A DNA stretch of 36,614 nt from Octopus bimaculoides (Eukaryota), in contig NC_068988.1 in NCBI RefSeq assembly GCF_001194135.2, forward strand, positions 21,639,994 through 21,676,607, in the 5' to 3' direction. Shown one piece after another: positions 1 to 11,985 of this stretch (within the stretch, counting starts at the first letter, position 1; every line of letters begins with the position of its first letter). The notes under the pieces are model-generated. The model did not search any database. It was given only the letters and a program-made list of their open reading frames with translations, and was not told the DNA's origin. The position numbers were made by a program, and so were the translations under genes.

Positions 1-211
1 TCTTATATATATATATATATATAAACAAACTTTCATACAAACATGGACTCAAATGTCCTTAAATTGCAATATTTTCAGCAATTTCTCAGTCATGATTAGC
101 ACAATGCGAAACCGGTACACTATAATAATTTTCTATCTTATAAAATATATTGAAAATATATAAATTGTGTGCATTTCCCTTCTTTTGTTATATATATATG
201 TTTACATACAT

Positions 212-1133
212 ATACGATGACTATAATGCAGAAGACATCATAGCTTTAATAACAAACATAGGCCTTTCCAATTACACGTGTTGGTAGGGTAAGTTTTTCA
301 CTGAAGTAACTCTTCTGTTTGTTTTTCATAGCGGGAAAATAGTGGGTTCCAAACAGAAGAAACGTGCCATGATTGAGTTATAGACGAAGTAAAGGCTGAC
401 AGGTTGTTTACAGGGCGGCACCATTGACAAGAACTATGAGCACAGACGGATGGAGAAATTCAAAGGAACACAAAAAGAACATTGTCATCTTGTATCGCTA
501 ACAAGTAGACAAATTGATTCACGCTGACTGACGAGCAAACACACATGAACTTTCTACACAGCTTGCCTGAAGCCACATTGTTTTACAAAAGCTGGTAGGA
601 AACTTTGAGTATTGGAATGTGTGCGCAGAATGGGTTCCTGAGAAATTGGCACCCTATTTGAAGGAGAGATGGTGGAAACGTCTTCTAATCTGCTTGAAAT
701 GTTTGAAGCCAGTAGCGACACGTTTTTTATTCTCCGATTCAGAGACACGGAAGGAATCGTAGTCATGGGTTTATGATCAAGAAATGAAGGCTCAGTACAT
801 GAAATGGTGCTACATCTATACTATAGAGCCTAAGAAGTTCAAAAGACAACGATCGGCTCAAAATATTCATGGAGACTGCTTTTGATAATGACAAGAGCCT
901 CATTCTCTCTCCTGTTTTTAAACATTTGTTTGGAAGATAGCTGTACTGTAAAAGGCGAGCGCTACACTGAGCCACTCAGAAGTTTCTAGATAGCGTAGGT
1001 GATTTTAAGTTTGAAATTGGTTTGGGGCACCATTCTTGTAGGAGGCTGCCTTATACAAGATCTCTTCATCGGAAGAGAGAGTGGAGATTTCTCTGCTTAT
1101 AACTTAAGCGAAATTCTTGAATACTAGCGTGAT
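212..1133 (+). mobile_element. Decayed mariner transposon with a frameshifted, internally deleted transposase pseudogene
   Basis: Manual translation across frameshifts gives mariner motifs: KKRAMIEL, VDKLIHAD*R...VCAEWVPEKL (619-648), VETSSNLLEMFEA, SWVYDQEMKAQYMKW, PKKFKRQRSA, TVKGERYTEPL. Ends are only weakly TIR-like, so boundaries are approximate. Confidence 0.75.
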
Positions 1134-1506
1134 ACAAGATCCTTCTGTAATGTATTTGAGTTACGCATTTTGTTTCCCAAAGTGCTTAAAATAATCAATA
1201 CTAAGGTTTAGTGTGACTTCCATAGAATTGACTACTCTGAGATTAACATCAGGATTTGAATCCCTCTCTCGCTCTGTGTATATGTGTGCATCTATGTGTG
1301 TATGTGTGCGTCTGTGTATATATACTTTTCCTAAACGGCCTTCATTTTTAGATTTATTTCCTAGCTTATTTGTTTAACAAACCTTAGTCACTTACGCTTA
1401 CTTATATAAACCACGCGCAGACGCAATTACATAAATGCATGTCTATGTGTGTATATGGGCGCTCGTATGTGCGTACATGCGCGTGGCTTTCGTAACGTAA
1501 GTACCC

Positions 1507-1576
<70 letters not shown>

Positions 1577-1678
1577 GCATTTATATGTATACGTAATACA
1601 CATATGCGTGCGCACATACGCTCACAAACACACACATACAAGCACGCACACAGACACATGCACACACACATACACACG

Positions 1679-1710
<32 letters not shown>
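1507..1710. repeat. (TA)n followed by interrupted (CA)n microsatellites
   Basis: Direct reading; explains the YI and CV/HT ORFs at 1402-1784. Confidence 0.95.
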
Positions 1711-1713
<3 letters not shown>

Positions 1714-2149
1714 ATTGGCATTGGTAACTTTGTAAGTGCATGTTTCTTTAATGCGCATCTATATGCACAAATAACCACCCGCAAGTGTGTATGTTAGTAT
1801 GTATCGGGGGTGTGTGAGTGCTGTATATATTTATGTTTGTGTATAAACACGCGCCTTTATGTGTGCGTGTGCCGAAAGTGTGTATGCCTGTGTTTATTAG
1901 TGTCTATTCATGTTCTGTTCGTTTCTAGCTTTACTTATCTATAGGTGCTATACAAACAAGAAGGGAAAAACAGCATCGGTGAAAAAAGAAAAAAATATCA
2001 TAGACAACAATAACTGTGATGGGGATAAAAAAAAAAAAAATCTTCCAAATGTCAGTTGTGTATAGTAAACGTTATTTTGCTATTTTTTTTTGTTTTTGCT
2101 TTCCTTTCTCCAATATGGCGGAAGAATATAGATATTGCAAGTGGATTTA

Positions 2150-2940
2150 GGAGAAAAAAAAAGGATGACGAAGAAGGATGAAAGGGGAAAGGATATTGAA
2201 AAATTGGTAATAAAAATGTGAGAGTATATAAAAAAAAAACAGGTGGAGAATTAAGGAATGAAAATATAAAATGAAAGAAATAAAATGTTAAATTGTTAGA
2301 AGGATGAATAGTATTAGGGATGAATGATATTAAGATAGAAGAGAAAAATTAAAGAAGGAAAATAGAGAAGAAAAACATGCAATTGAGAAATGGGTTAAGA
2401 TAAAAGTGAGCTGAAAGGGAGTGCTTTTGGTGAGGAGGAGAAAAATCCCAGAGAAGTGAAGAAACGAATGTGGAAGGGATAGATATAGAATGTTTGGTTG
2501 TAAGGTGAGTGATGAATGAGGAACTGTTGAAGGGAAAAAAATTGTTAGTGAGAAATAGGGTGGAAAAAGAAATAGTAAAAGGGTGCAGTTAGAGAAAGAG
2601 TAAAACAGCGAAGAAGTAAGGAGAAAAAGAGAGAGAGGTGGGGAGAGATAGAGAGACAGACAAGACAGAGAGAGAGAGAGAGATTGATAGGAAGGGATTG
2701 ATGAAGATGAAGGAAGTGGAAAAAAAAACATAATATAGTGAGATGTAAAAAGAAAAAGGCAACGATAATAAAGGTTAACATATAGGAAAGGAAATGAAAA
2801 TGAAGAAAAAAAAAAAACTGGGAAGAGTTGGAAGATTAAGAAAAAAGGGGAAAGAGTGATAGCAGAAAGATCAGAAGAAAATGAAAACAATGGAGAAAAA
2901 GGTGAAAGAAAAGTAATGATAATAATAATAATATTAATAC
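2150..2940 (+). repeat. Purine-rich (A/G) low-complexity tract ending in (TAA)n
   Basis: Plus strand is almost devoid of C; source of the spurious F/L/S-rich minus ORF 2330-2890. Confidence 0.8.
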
Positions 2941-2946
2941 TAAATG

Positions 2947-3030
2947 CTACCTAGAAGATTGAAAGAGATTAGGATTGAAACTAACATTGTCGACCTGCAG
3001 AAAAGTACCATCCCATATTCTACAAGAGCC
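2947..3030 (+). mobile_element. Short 3' fragment of a restriction-like-endonuclease non-LTR retrotransposon (R4/Dong-like)
   Basis: LPRRLKEIRIETNIVDLQKSTIPYSTR resembles the L..IGI....LQK..L..TAR C-terminus of R4-clade elements, also seen at 17738-18190. Confidence 0.5.
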
Positions 3031-3690
3031 ACAAGAAAGATTCTTTACAATAAAATTCTCCAGAGGAACCCCATACATCCTAGTAACCTCGGACCGCCAG
3101 GGACACCTCAGCAGACGCCTCTCTCCTTCTCGACTCCCAGGGCTTGCAAGCGTATGCGCAGACAGGCTTGTAAGCCCGAGGAGTAAGCCCATTCACGGGG
3201 TCCATCCTCGCCACATTCAACCACTTTGCAACAAAACTATTTGTGGTGGGCGTGGGGAAAACTTCCTTCTCCACCCTCACCTTTCTTTTCAAGTGGAATT
3301 TGAAAAAGTCGATGAGGGCTTGGCTGACGGGTCCTTCCAACCACGTCCACCACACCACCTCCTTCGCCATAGCCACCAGACAGAGGAAAACTACCTTCGC
3401 TTTCCAGCCAAAAGATGGCGGTGGGGCGATCTTCACGATGGACTAGGATGGCAACCAGATCGTCCTATACGCCTCAACAGCTATTTGACAAAGCCACACA
3501 AGTCAGCAATACCTGGACATTGGACGAGTGCATTCAGAACGGTTTCGTCGACCTGCACACATCTCGGAAGGGGCAGTCTGACTGTACTTCTGTATCTGTA
3601 GAGCCTATCTCGAACCGGTAGAGCTTCCCAGTAGAAATACTTGCCTGGTCAAAGGTTTCTGGAAATTATCTATAGGCTCCGGAAGAGATC
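3030..3690 (-). mobile_element. 3' fragment of an L1/Tx1-clade LINE ORF2 (C-terminal Cys-rich region) plus 3' UTR
   Basis: Minus translation: EALPVRDRLYR...PRCVQVDETVLNALVQCP (decayed C-x2-C..ET..H...C motif), then across a stop and frameshift IVKIAPPPSFG..KVVFLCLVAMAKEVVWWT..FFKFHLKRKVRVE. Confidence 0.7.
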
Positions 3691-3704
3691 AGCTAATTGA
3701 TCCA

Positions 3705-3900
3705 TGCACTAGGCCTGAAATTTTAGGGGATGGAAAAGTCGATTACATCGACGCCAGTGCTCAACCGGTACTTATTTTATCGACCCAGAAAGGAAGAAAA
3801 GCAAAATCAACCTGGACGGAATTTAAACTCAGAACTTAAAACCGGAAGAAATGCTGTTAAGCATTTTGTCCAGTGCGCTCACGGTTCTTCCATCTCACTA
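3705..3900 (-). mobile_element. tRNA-derived SINE, family A
   Basis: Reverse complement matches the family A body (gagtttaaattccgtccaggttgattttgcttttcttcctttctgggtcgataaaataagtacc) seen intact at 32259 and 35829; (GAT)n follows at about 3905-3940. Confidence 0.8.
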
Positions 3901-4113
3901 TCTTGATAATGATAATGATGATGATGATGATGATGATGATAGCTTCTAATGTAGGTACAATGCCGGCAGTTTTGAGGGGATAGGACGTCGATATTATCGA
4001 CCCTGTTTGGTACTTTACATTATCGATATGATCAAGGTTTATCTGATACTAAGCAATAAACACCGAGAAAAACCAACCAATCTGCGATTGTCCCGATGTA
4101 CTTAACACACAGG

Positions 4114-4350
4114 CTGTGTAGGTTAAACAGTTAGGGTGTTCGGCTTGCGAGAGTAAAGTCGTGAGTTCGATTCCCAGCGACGTGATTTTCTAAGAGCATA
4201 TATTTTAGTGGAAGGAACAGAGTCAATTAAATCAACAGCTGATTGATATATTATTGGTCTCGGAAGGATAAAAACTAAGACAACTTTGGCCGTAAATTGA
4301 ACTCAGAATATAAAGATAGGAAGCAAAGCATTATATTCTCCAACGCTCAC
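4114..4350. mobile_element. Degraded SINE fragments: tRNA-like head on + (4114-4180) and family A body on - (about 4205-4350)
   Basis: B-box-like gagttcgattccc at about 4162; aattgaactcagaat...aacgctcaccgattttgc matches family A reversed. Confidence 0.55.
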
Positions 4351-4456
4351 CGATTTTGCACATATACCACACTAGTTTAGAGAATACATTATTTCACACA
4401 TTGCTACTTTTGCCAAAATTCTTGTTTGTACAGACGTTTATCGTAAATTCCCCATA

Positions 4457-4457
4457 C

Positions 4458-4498
<41 letters not shown>

Positions 4499-4524
4499 NN
4501 NNNNNNNNCGTAAATTCCCCATAC

Positions 4525-4568
<44 letters not shown>

Positions 4569-5297
4569 TCATACAAGATATATAGACATATATGTATATG
4601 TGTATATACATGTAAGCATATATATACATATATATCCATACACGCATATATAATTATTATAATTATATATTATATATATGTATGTATACGCACACACATA
4701 TATACATATAAATGTGTATATATATATATATATGTATGTATATAAATATACATATATGTATATAAATATATATATATATGTATATACATATATATATATA
4801 CATGTGTATATATATATATACATATATATATTNNNNNNNNNNNNNNNNNNNNNNNNNNNNNNNNNNNNNNNNNNNNNNNNNNNNNNNNNNNNNNNNNNNN
4901 NNNNNNNNNNNNNNNNNNNNNNNNNNNNNNNNNNNNNNNNNNNNNNNNNNNNNNNNNNNNNNNNNNNNNNNNNNNNNNNNNNNNNNNNNNNNNNNNNNNN
5001 NNNNNNNNNNNNNNNNNNNNNNNNNNNNNNNNNNNNNNNNNNNNNNNNNNNNNNNNNNNNNNNNNNNNNNNNNNNNNNNNNNNNNNNNNNNNNNNNNNNN
5101 NNNNNNNNNNNNNNNNNNNNNNNNNNNNNNNNNNNNNNNNNNNNNNNNNNNNNNNNNNNNNNNNNNNNNNNNNNNNNNNNNNNNNNNNNNNNNNNNNNNN
5201 NNNNNNNNNNNNNNNNNNNNNNNNNNNNNNNNNNNNNNNNNNNNNNNNNNNNNNNNNNNNNNNNNNNNNNNNNNNNNNNNNNNNNNNNNNNNNNNNN

Positions 5298-5338
<41 letters not shown>

Positions 5339-5345
5339 GTATGGA
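4457..5345. repeat. TA-rich microsatellite block containing gaps 4499-4508 and 4833-5297
   Basis: Direct reading. Confidence 0.95.
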
Positions 5346-6381
5346 TATGTATCAAAGATAGCTATACAGACATAGGTCAGTTTATTCACATAAGCAGACT
5401 GTGATATCTTCCGAAATATACTAACGAGAACAACTAATCGCTTCCAAAAATATTTGACTAGACTCGCTCTCTCTGTCTGTCTGTCTGTCTGTCTCTCTTT
5501 CTCTCTTTGTCTCTCTATCTCTTTCTCTCTCTTTCTCTGTGCCTGATTATTCCCTCACGGTTTTCTTATATTTATTTTATCTCTTCAACACCGTACACTC
5601 GCCATTTATATCACGTATTTTCAACAATCACTTTTGTTAATGTTTTCCTTCTGTTTGTTTCACGAGGAAGAGGATACAATGTTATTTCTTTGGTGTGTGT
5701 ATATATAATACTGCTTTTCGATATCTGTAGAATGTTGCACCTATTTATTAGCAGGAGTGAGGGGGGAAAGAACGTGGGGGTACAGAAACAATTTATATTT
5801 CATATATCTTGTTTCATTCTCTAAATATCACCGTGTTTGTTCTTGGGAATTTCATATACAATTTATGGACAAACGCTCGTATATAAGCATACATATTTTT
5901 ATTATCTCTTCTACGTTTTTATGTATGTATATCTTATGGGTATTTAGCAGTTGTATGTGGCTTGTAACAATGTGAGAGGAGATAATACTACAAGCACAAA
6001 AACGTATCAAATTAATATAACTGACAATAGATGCTTTGTTGTTGGTTTAGGTTTTAATACTTAACCGTTAGGCAGATGAAGTTGCAAGGATGAATAGATA
6101 TTTAGACACAGTGATAGAGAAGCAGATACTTAGGTAGCAGAATGACCGACAAATAACCAGTTAGATAGAGAGACTCGTGATTGATAGGTAGAGATTTAGA
6201 GGTAGATGAAAGCGAAAATTATCGTCGCATAGTTAAGTAAATTAAGTATTATGTATACAGATATATAGATTGAGTCGCATGATAGAATCATATGATAGTA
6301 AATTGAATTAAATTGTAATAAAAAATACGTGTGGACGATGAGCATCGTTGTTGGGTAAAAGTTGTAAACTTTCAGTCGTAA

Positions 6382-6490
6382 GTGGCGAATTGGCAGAGTT
6401 ATTGGAGAGAGGGATATATTGCCTAGTAGTATAAGTTCTGATTATCGGCACCCTGAGTTCGAATCCTATCGAGGCGAACTTTGTGCTATT
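6382..6490 (+). mobile_element. Degraded family A SINE 5' part
   Basis: gtggcgaattggcagagtt...ctgagttcgaatcctatcgaggcgaactttg parallels the family A head (A box and B box). Confidence 0.55.
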
Positions 6491-7968
6491 TTTTTTTGGA
6501 TGTCGATAAGGACAGTGTAGTGGTAATATACAGTCAGTACAAGGTGTTGATGTGGCTGCGCGTATGTTATTACAATAGTTCATAAAGAGATGAAGAATAA
6601 ATTCAAGATGTATATATTTACTACATAAAAAAAGTATTTTATTTACTGGTCGATTATGATACACAGAATCAACATGTAGAATCTAGTTGAATGAAGTAAT
6701 CTATGCAAGAAAGTTCAGAGATAGGAAATATAGAAATAACAACTAAGTGGTGGTTTTCAGTCATGTAGCGTAGAGAAATAGACGGACATAGCAATGGCGT
6801 GAATAGTTCTGAGTCTAATCGACTAAAAAGCGAAGAGCAGGGTTAGCAAGCTGTTTTTTTATTAATAGAACGCTAGACATTCTAGAAACTTCCAAGAGAA
6901 ACGCTAAGCTTCTTGAATAATTAAGAATCATGTCTCGTGATACTGATACTTCGAGAAACTTAGAAAAGGGAGGTTACTCTATAATCTTTCTTGCAAGGGA
7001 GATCATTCGACTATCTAGCTATCGCTACAACAGTATCACTCCATTGACAGTAGACTTGTGGAACCGTAAGAACGACGGACCGGATGTCTTGCAGTATTAG
7101 TTTCGGCTTTTTACATGATGAGTTCAAATCTACCTGTCGTCTACTAGGGTAGATTACTTTATATTGAGTAGCTGTTGTGTGTGATGTTCAGATATGCAGA
7201 AACATTCAGATATCCTCTGATGTATTAATAGGAACATGCAGTAGATCCGATACAGATTACTCCGCGCATTCAAGCTAGCTTGTAAAACGTTGATTTTTAA
7301 GCACATTGATGGAATACTGTACGAGGACTTTTTCTTGGATCTTTTGAGTGACTGGTCACAATACTTGATTCTAACAGGAACACCAGATGCCATTGCATAA
7401 CAACTTAAACGATTTTTCATCCGTCACCTAGCTCAGCACCATCACTTGAAACCTTAGGCGCTTTCGTGGAGTCCATTCTGTTGCAAGCACTCGGCTCAGA
7501 TATCCATTATAGAAACCTTTCTCCTTCCCCATTAATATGGGCCGCCCTGTAACCGAATTGATGGCAGTGCTTTTCCGCCTGACAGAAGAAAGACAAACAA
7601 ACAGCAACAAGAAACCTAAAAATGTGTTCGTGTTGATCATATCGTGTTGATCGTATCGAAAACCCATTATTACAAGTGCTGCTTGTTTCATTGTGTCTTC
7701 TGGACGGTTTTCTTGTTATCTCCTACAAGTTACAAACAACGTTATGTGGAACGATTGTACGTCGCAGAGAGTAGGCAAGTGCCTATCGTTCACTGATTAT
7801 TTACCTATGGCACCAACCAGGTGGATACAGGTATAACGATAGAGATAACAGCAGTTCCAGACCATTTAACACTTAGATCAACCAAGTGAATAATGCCAAG
7901 GAGAGCAGCAAGGAAAAAAAAAAAAGAAATGAGAAAGAGGAATTGAAGTCGTGAAAGATTTACAGTGT

Positions 7969-7972
<4 letters not shown>

Positions 7973-8000
<28 letters not shown>

Positions 8001-8292
8001 NNNNNNNNNNNNNNNNNNNNNNNNNNNNNNNNNNNNNNNNNNNNNNNNNNNNNNNNNNNNNNNNNNNNNNNNNNNNNNNNNNNNNNNNNNNNNNNNNNNN
8101 NNNNNNNNNNNNNNNNNNNNNNNNNNNNNNNNNNNNNNNNNNNNNNNNNNNNNNNNNNNNNNNNNNNNNNNNNNNNNNNNNNNNNNNNNNNNNNNNNNNN
8201 NNNNNNNNNNNNNNNNNNNNNNNNNNNNNNNNNNNNNNNNNNNNNNNNNNNNNNNNNNNNNNNNNNNNNNNNNNNNNNNNNNNNNNNNNNNN

Positions 8293-8352
<60 letters not shown>

Positions 8353-8365
8353 AGAGAGAGAGAGA
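7973..8365. repeat. (TA)n, gap 8001-8292, then (GA)n
   Basis: Direct reading. Confidence 0.95.
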
Positions 8366-8419
8366 GTGACTGACTAGGCCCTATGCAATGGGTGCAAATA
8401 CAGAAACAAAAACAAAACA

Positions 8420-8760
8420 AGATTCTTAATATATATCAAGTTGTCATGCCACAGTGAACAGATAGAAAAGGTTTCATGCTGGCGTTTAAAGACATCTACT
8501 GTCCCAGTTTGAACCAAGAACTGTGGCCAGAGTCTTATATTATGCCTATTACTCAAAAATCCCAACAGGTCGTCATATAATCTTCCGTCAATATTCTTCA
8601 AAATCAAAACGTTCTACTTACTAACAAGCTTGCATGTTTGAAGAAATCAATATCGTATCTATCAAGTGCTAAGTCCATCAGAGGATGTCTGAACATTTCT
8701 AAAGAGCCACATTATACACTATAGTACTCTAACAGAGAGTAATACAAAAACGAACCCCCA
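8420..8760 (-). mobile_element. Decayed 3' end of a CR1-group LINE
   Basis: Minus translation gives LLEYYSV, ILKNIDG, FLSNR and PQFLVQTGTVDVFKRQ, resembling the LEYC...FSNR..WN.LP..VV.A.TV..FK..LD terminus; heavily diverged. Confidence 0.4.
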
Positions 8761-8942
8761 CCTAAAGAAAACAGATTTTAATGGAGGCCACCGACACCAT
8801 AACCCTCACATCACCGAAGTATACTTAATTTAAAAAATACAGGAATTGCCGAAGCGAGTTAAGCACATGTATATATGTATATGTAATTCTCGTTTTTGGT
8901 GAAACATTGCAAATTGCTGTTTGTATTAATTTTGTGTTTATA

Positions 8943-9151
8943 TAGAGTGTCCACAAAATCTGGGTACATGGGGATTAACACATACTTTAATAAATTATTA
9001 TTTCTCATATTTAATTGTTTATGTTATGATTTTATTTACTCCATGTACCCACTTGAGGATTAACACATACTTTAAGAAATTATTATTTCTTATATTTAAT
9101 TGTTTATGTTATTTTATTTACTCCATGTATCCAGACTTTGTGGACACCCTG
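8943..9151. mobile_element. Tc1/mariner-superfamily MITE with about 29-bp TIRs, TA TSD and an internal 85-bp tandem duplication
   Basis: Left end ta|tagagtgtccacaaaatctgggtacatgg versus reverse complement of right end ta|cagggtgtccacaaagtctggatacatgg; repeat units start at 8972 and 9057. Confidence 0.85.
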
Positions 9152-9155
9152 TATA

Positions 9156-10362
9156 TAAGGTCATTAAGAATGAAATGCCCGATTTTCTTATGCATCAAAT
9201 ATGACAGTCGTTATCTCCAATGTTTTATCCTGACAATTCTTTGTTTCACAACATTGAAGAGTTACATCTTCACTTTTCGAAATGCAATCCATAGTGTCTG
9301 ATTATATTGCAAGTTCCGTCGTGGAACCAATGCATCCTAGACAGCTCGAAACATCAGTGGAGTGTTTGGTGAAGATGTGACGAATGAGCGCACTGTACTT
9401 CGATGACTGGAGAAGTTCTGGTCTGGTGACTTTACATTTGAAAATCAACCCCGTGGTAGACATGAGACCAAGGTGGATAATGATGAGTTGGAAACTGTAG
9501 TGGAAGCGGATATACCTCAAACTACGCGTGAGTTAGCAGCAAGTTTTGATGTTTCGATTCCATCTGTATTGGGCCATCTGAAACAAATCGGCAAGGTAAA
9601 GAAGCTGGACAAGTGGGTACCACACGAATTGAACGAACATCAAATGACATGTCGGCTTGTAACTTGCTGTTCTTTGCTGTCACTGCATAAAAGCGAACTA
9701 TTTTTGCATCGTATTATTACGTGTGATGAATAATGGATTCTTTTCAACAATAGCAAGCGTTCTGCACGATGGTTAGATAGAGATGAAGTACCAAAACACA
9801 ATCCCCCCAAAATGTATGTTCACCCAAAATATCTAATGGTGCTTGTTTGGTGGTTCCAGCGCTGGTGTCATCCACTACAGCTTCATGAAAACTGGTCAGT
9901 CAATTACAGCAGATGTATACATGAAATGATCAGTGAACTTACAATTAAACAACCGAGATTGGTCAATAGAGACAGGTCAATTCTCTTTCTTGCAGACAAT
10001 GCACGACCACATGTTGCACAAAGAACGCTACTCACGTTACAGGAACTGAACTTGGAAGTACTCCGTCATCCTCCATGTTCACCAGATTTTGCACCAACTG
10101 ACTATCACGTTTTCCAGACATTAAACAACATTTTGAAAAGAAAAACTTCAAATCTGAAGAAGATGCAAAACAGCCTTTCGTGATTTCATCACCTCTTGCT
10201 CTCCAGAATACTTCGCTGCTGGCATAAATAAGCTACCGATAAAACGGCAAAATTGTGTTGATAATTTAGGTGCATACTTTGATTAACTGCATTGCTTTTT
10301 GTTGAGATAAAGAAAAATAAACTTGCAGTTCAAAATCAGACATTTTATTCTTAATGACCTGA
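9156..10362 (+). mobile_element. Near full-length mariner transposon (1207 bp) with about 30-bp TIRs and TA TSD
   Basis: Left taaggtcattaagaatgaaatgcccgatttt versus right-end reverse complement tcaggtcattaagaataaaatgtctgatttt; flanked by TA at 9154-9155 and 10363-10364. Confidence 0.93.
9285..10286 (+). pseudogene. Mariner DD34D-type transposase pseudogene with stops and frameshifts
   Basis: HTH region RGTNAS*TARNI..FGED, KWVPHEL, IITCDE*WILF, DNARPHVA, HPPCSPDFAPTDYH, and C-terminal CVDNLGAYFD* ending at 10286. The provided ORFs 9473-9733 and 9812-10183 are pieces of it. The start is approximate. Confidence 0.92.
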
Positions 10363-10812
10363 TATATATATATATATATNNNNNNNNNNNNNNNNNNNNN
10401 NNNNNNNNNNNNNNNNNNNNNNNNNNNNNNNNNNNNNNNNNNNNNNNNNNNNNNNNNNNNNNNNNNNNNNNNNNNNNNNNNNNNNNNNNNNNNNNNNNNN
10501 NNNNNNNNNNNNNNNNNNNNNNNNNNNNNNNNNNNNNNNNNNNNNNNNNNNNNNNNNNNNNNNNNNNNNNNNNNNNNNNNNNNNNNNNNNNNNNNNNNNN
10601 NNNNNNNNNNNNNNNNNNNNNNNNNNNNNNNNNNNNNNNNNNNNNNNNNNNNNNNNNNNNNNNNNNNNNNNNNNNNNNNNNNNNNNNNNNNNNNNNNNNN
10701 NNNNNNNNNNNNNNNNNNNNNNNNNNNNNNNNNNNNNNNNNNNNNNNNNNNNNNNNNNNNNNNNNNNNNNNNNNNNNNNNNNNNNNNNNNNNNNNNNNNN
10801 NNNNNNNNNNNN

Positions 10813-10852
<40 letters not shown>

Positions 10853-11444
10853 GTGTATATATACTCAAGTATACAAACTTGTAGAATGCTGTGCAAAGCA
10901 CGCCCAAGGATTTTGGTTACCTGATGTACCATACAGTTAAGGTGTTCCTGCTACTAGATATACATCAGGAATTTCATAGTATCCATAGAGTTTATATAAA
11001 CAGGTAAGTGATAGAAAATGGGAATTAACGAGTCTTTATTTAAAATCACGGCAGTGTTTTTCGACGAATTCTTATACGTTTAGTACATTGATAAGATGTT
11101 GTCTAATCATTATCATACATCTATGGTGTAAAATGCCCCTCCTCAGGTGATTGTTTAAAATAAGTCCTTCGTTAGATTCCACCGTCATTTCACTCAGTTT
11201 TATAATGCATATCCAAAGTGGTGAGTCATGCCTAGCAGTTTACAGACAAAACTGAACCATAGATATAATGACTAAGAAAATAAAATACAATCAAAATATA
11301 AAATACATAAACAAAAAAATAGTCAAAAACAAAAGAAAAGGGCCAGGTTGACTATAAATTACACACACTTCTATCTTAAAGGTCAGATTATAAGAATGGA
11401 AGTTAAGACCAAACCAATGGATAGAAGAATAACATAAAGCATTT

Positions 11445-11445
11445 T

Positions 11446-11500
<55 letters not shown>

Positions 11501-11710
11501 GTCTGTCTATCTGTCTGTCTGTCTGTCTGTATGTATNNNNNNNNNNNNNNNNNNNNNNNNNNNNNNNNNNNNNNNNNNNNNNNNNNNNNNNNNNNNNNNN
11601 NNNNNNNNNNNNNNNNNNNNNNNNNNNNNNNNNNNNNNNNNNNNNNNNNNNNNNNNNNNNNNNNNNNNNNNNNNNNNNNNNNNNNNNNNNNNATATATAT
11701 ATATATATAA
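11445..11710. repeat. (TATC)n/(TGTC)n microsatellite, gap 11537-11692, then (TA)n
   Basis: Direct reading. Confidence 0.95.
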
Positions 11711-11737
11711 TGTACACATGTATGTGTTGTCTTTGTG

Positions 11738-11985
11738 TCTTTTCCATAAGTATTTCCATGGTCATTGCCTTGACGAAATTTCTGGTTTTGACCTTTAAGC
11801 GTATCACACGCATCTCTTCCCAGGCGAATCGTTTCTTTGTTGGGCTTCCTGTTAGTCATAAATCCTTTTATTCTAAAAGCTTCTTTCCTCGCTCTTCTGT
11901 TCTCTCGAATTTATTACCATCGTCTTGTTTTCCTCTGGTCTATGATATATTCAGGCCTTTAAGTATTTTGTCAATCAACGTATTT
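11738..11985 (+). mobile_element. 3' fragment of a CR1/L2-group (Crack-like) LINE ORF2
   Basis: LFHKYFHGHCLDEIS, frameshift, RITRISSQANRFFVGLP..KSFYSKSFFPRSSVLSNLLPSSCFPLVYD matches the typical YS.SFFPRT..LWN.LP..FP..Y terminus. Confidence 0.65.

Noticed and set aside
4442-4560. Direct repeat cgtaaattccccatacaga(ta)n on both sides of a 10-N gap
   Set aside because: Best explained as an unmerged contig overlap caused by (TA)n length ambiguity.
10885-11003. Candidate exon (open frame NAVQSTPK...VYINR, donor cagGTAAGT)
   Set aside because: Weak acceptor, unrecognised peptide and no partner exons; needs RNA-seq.
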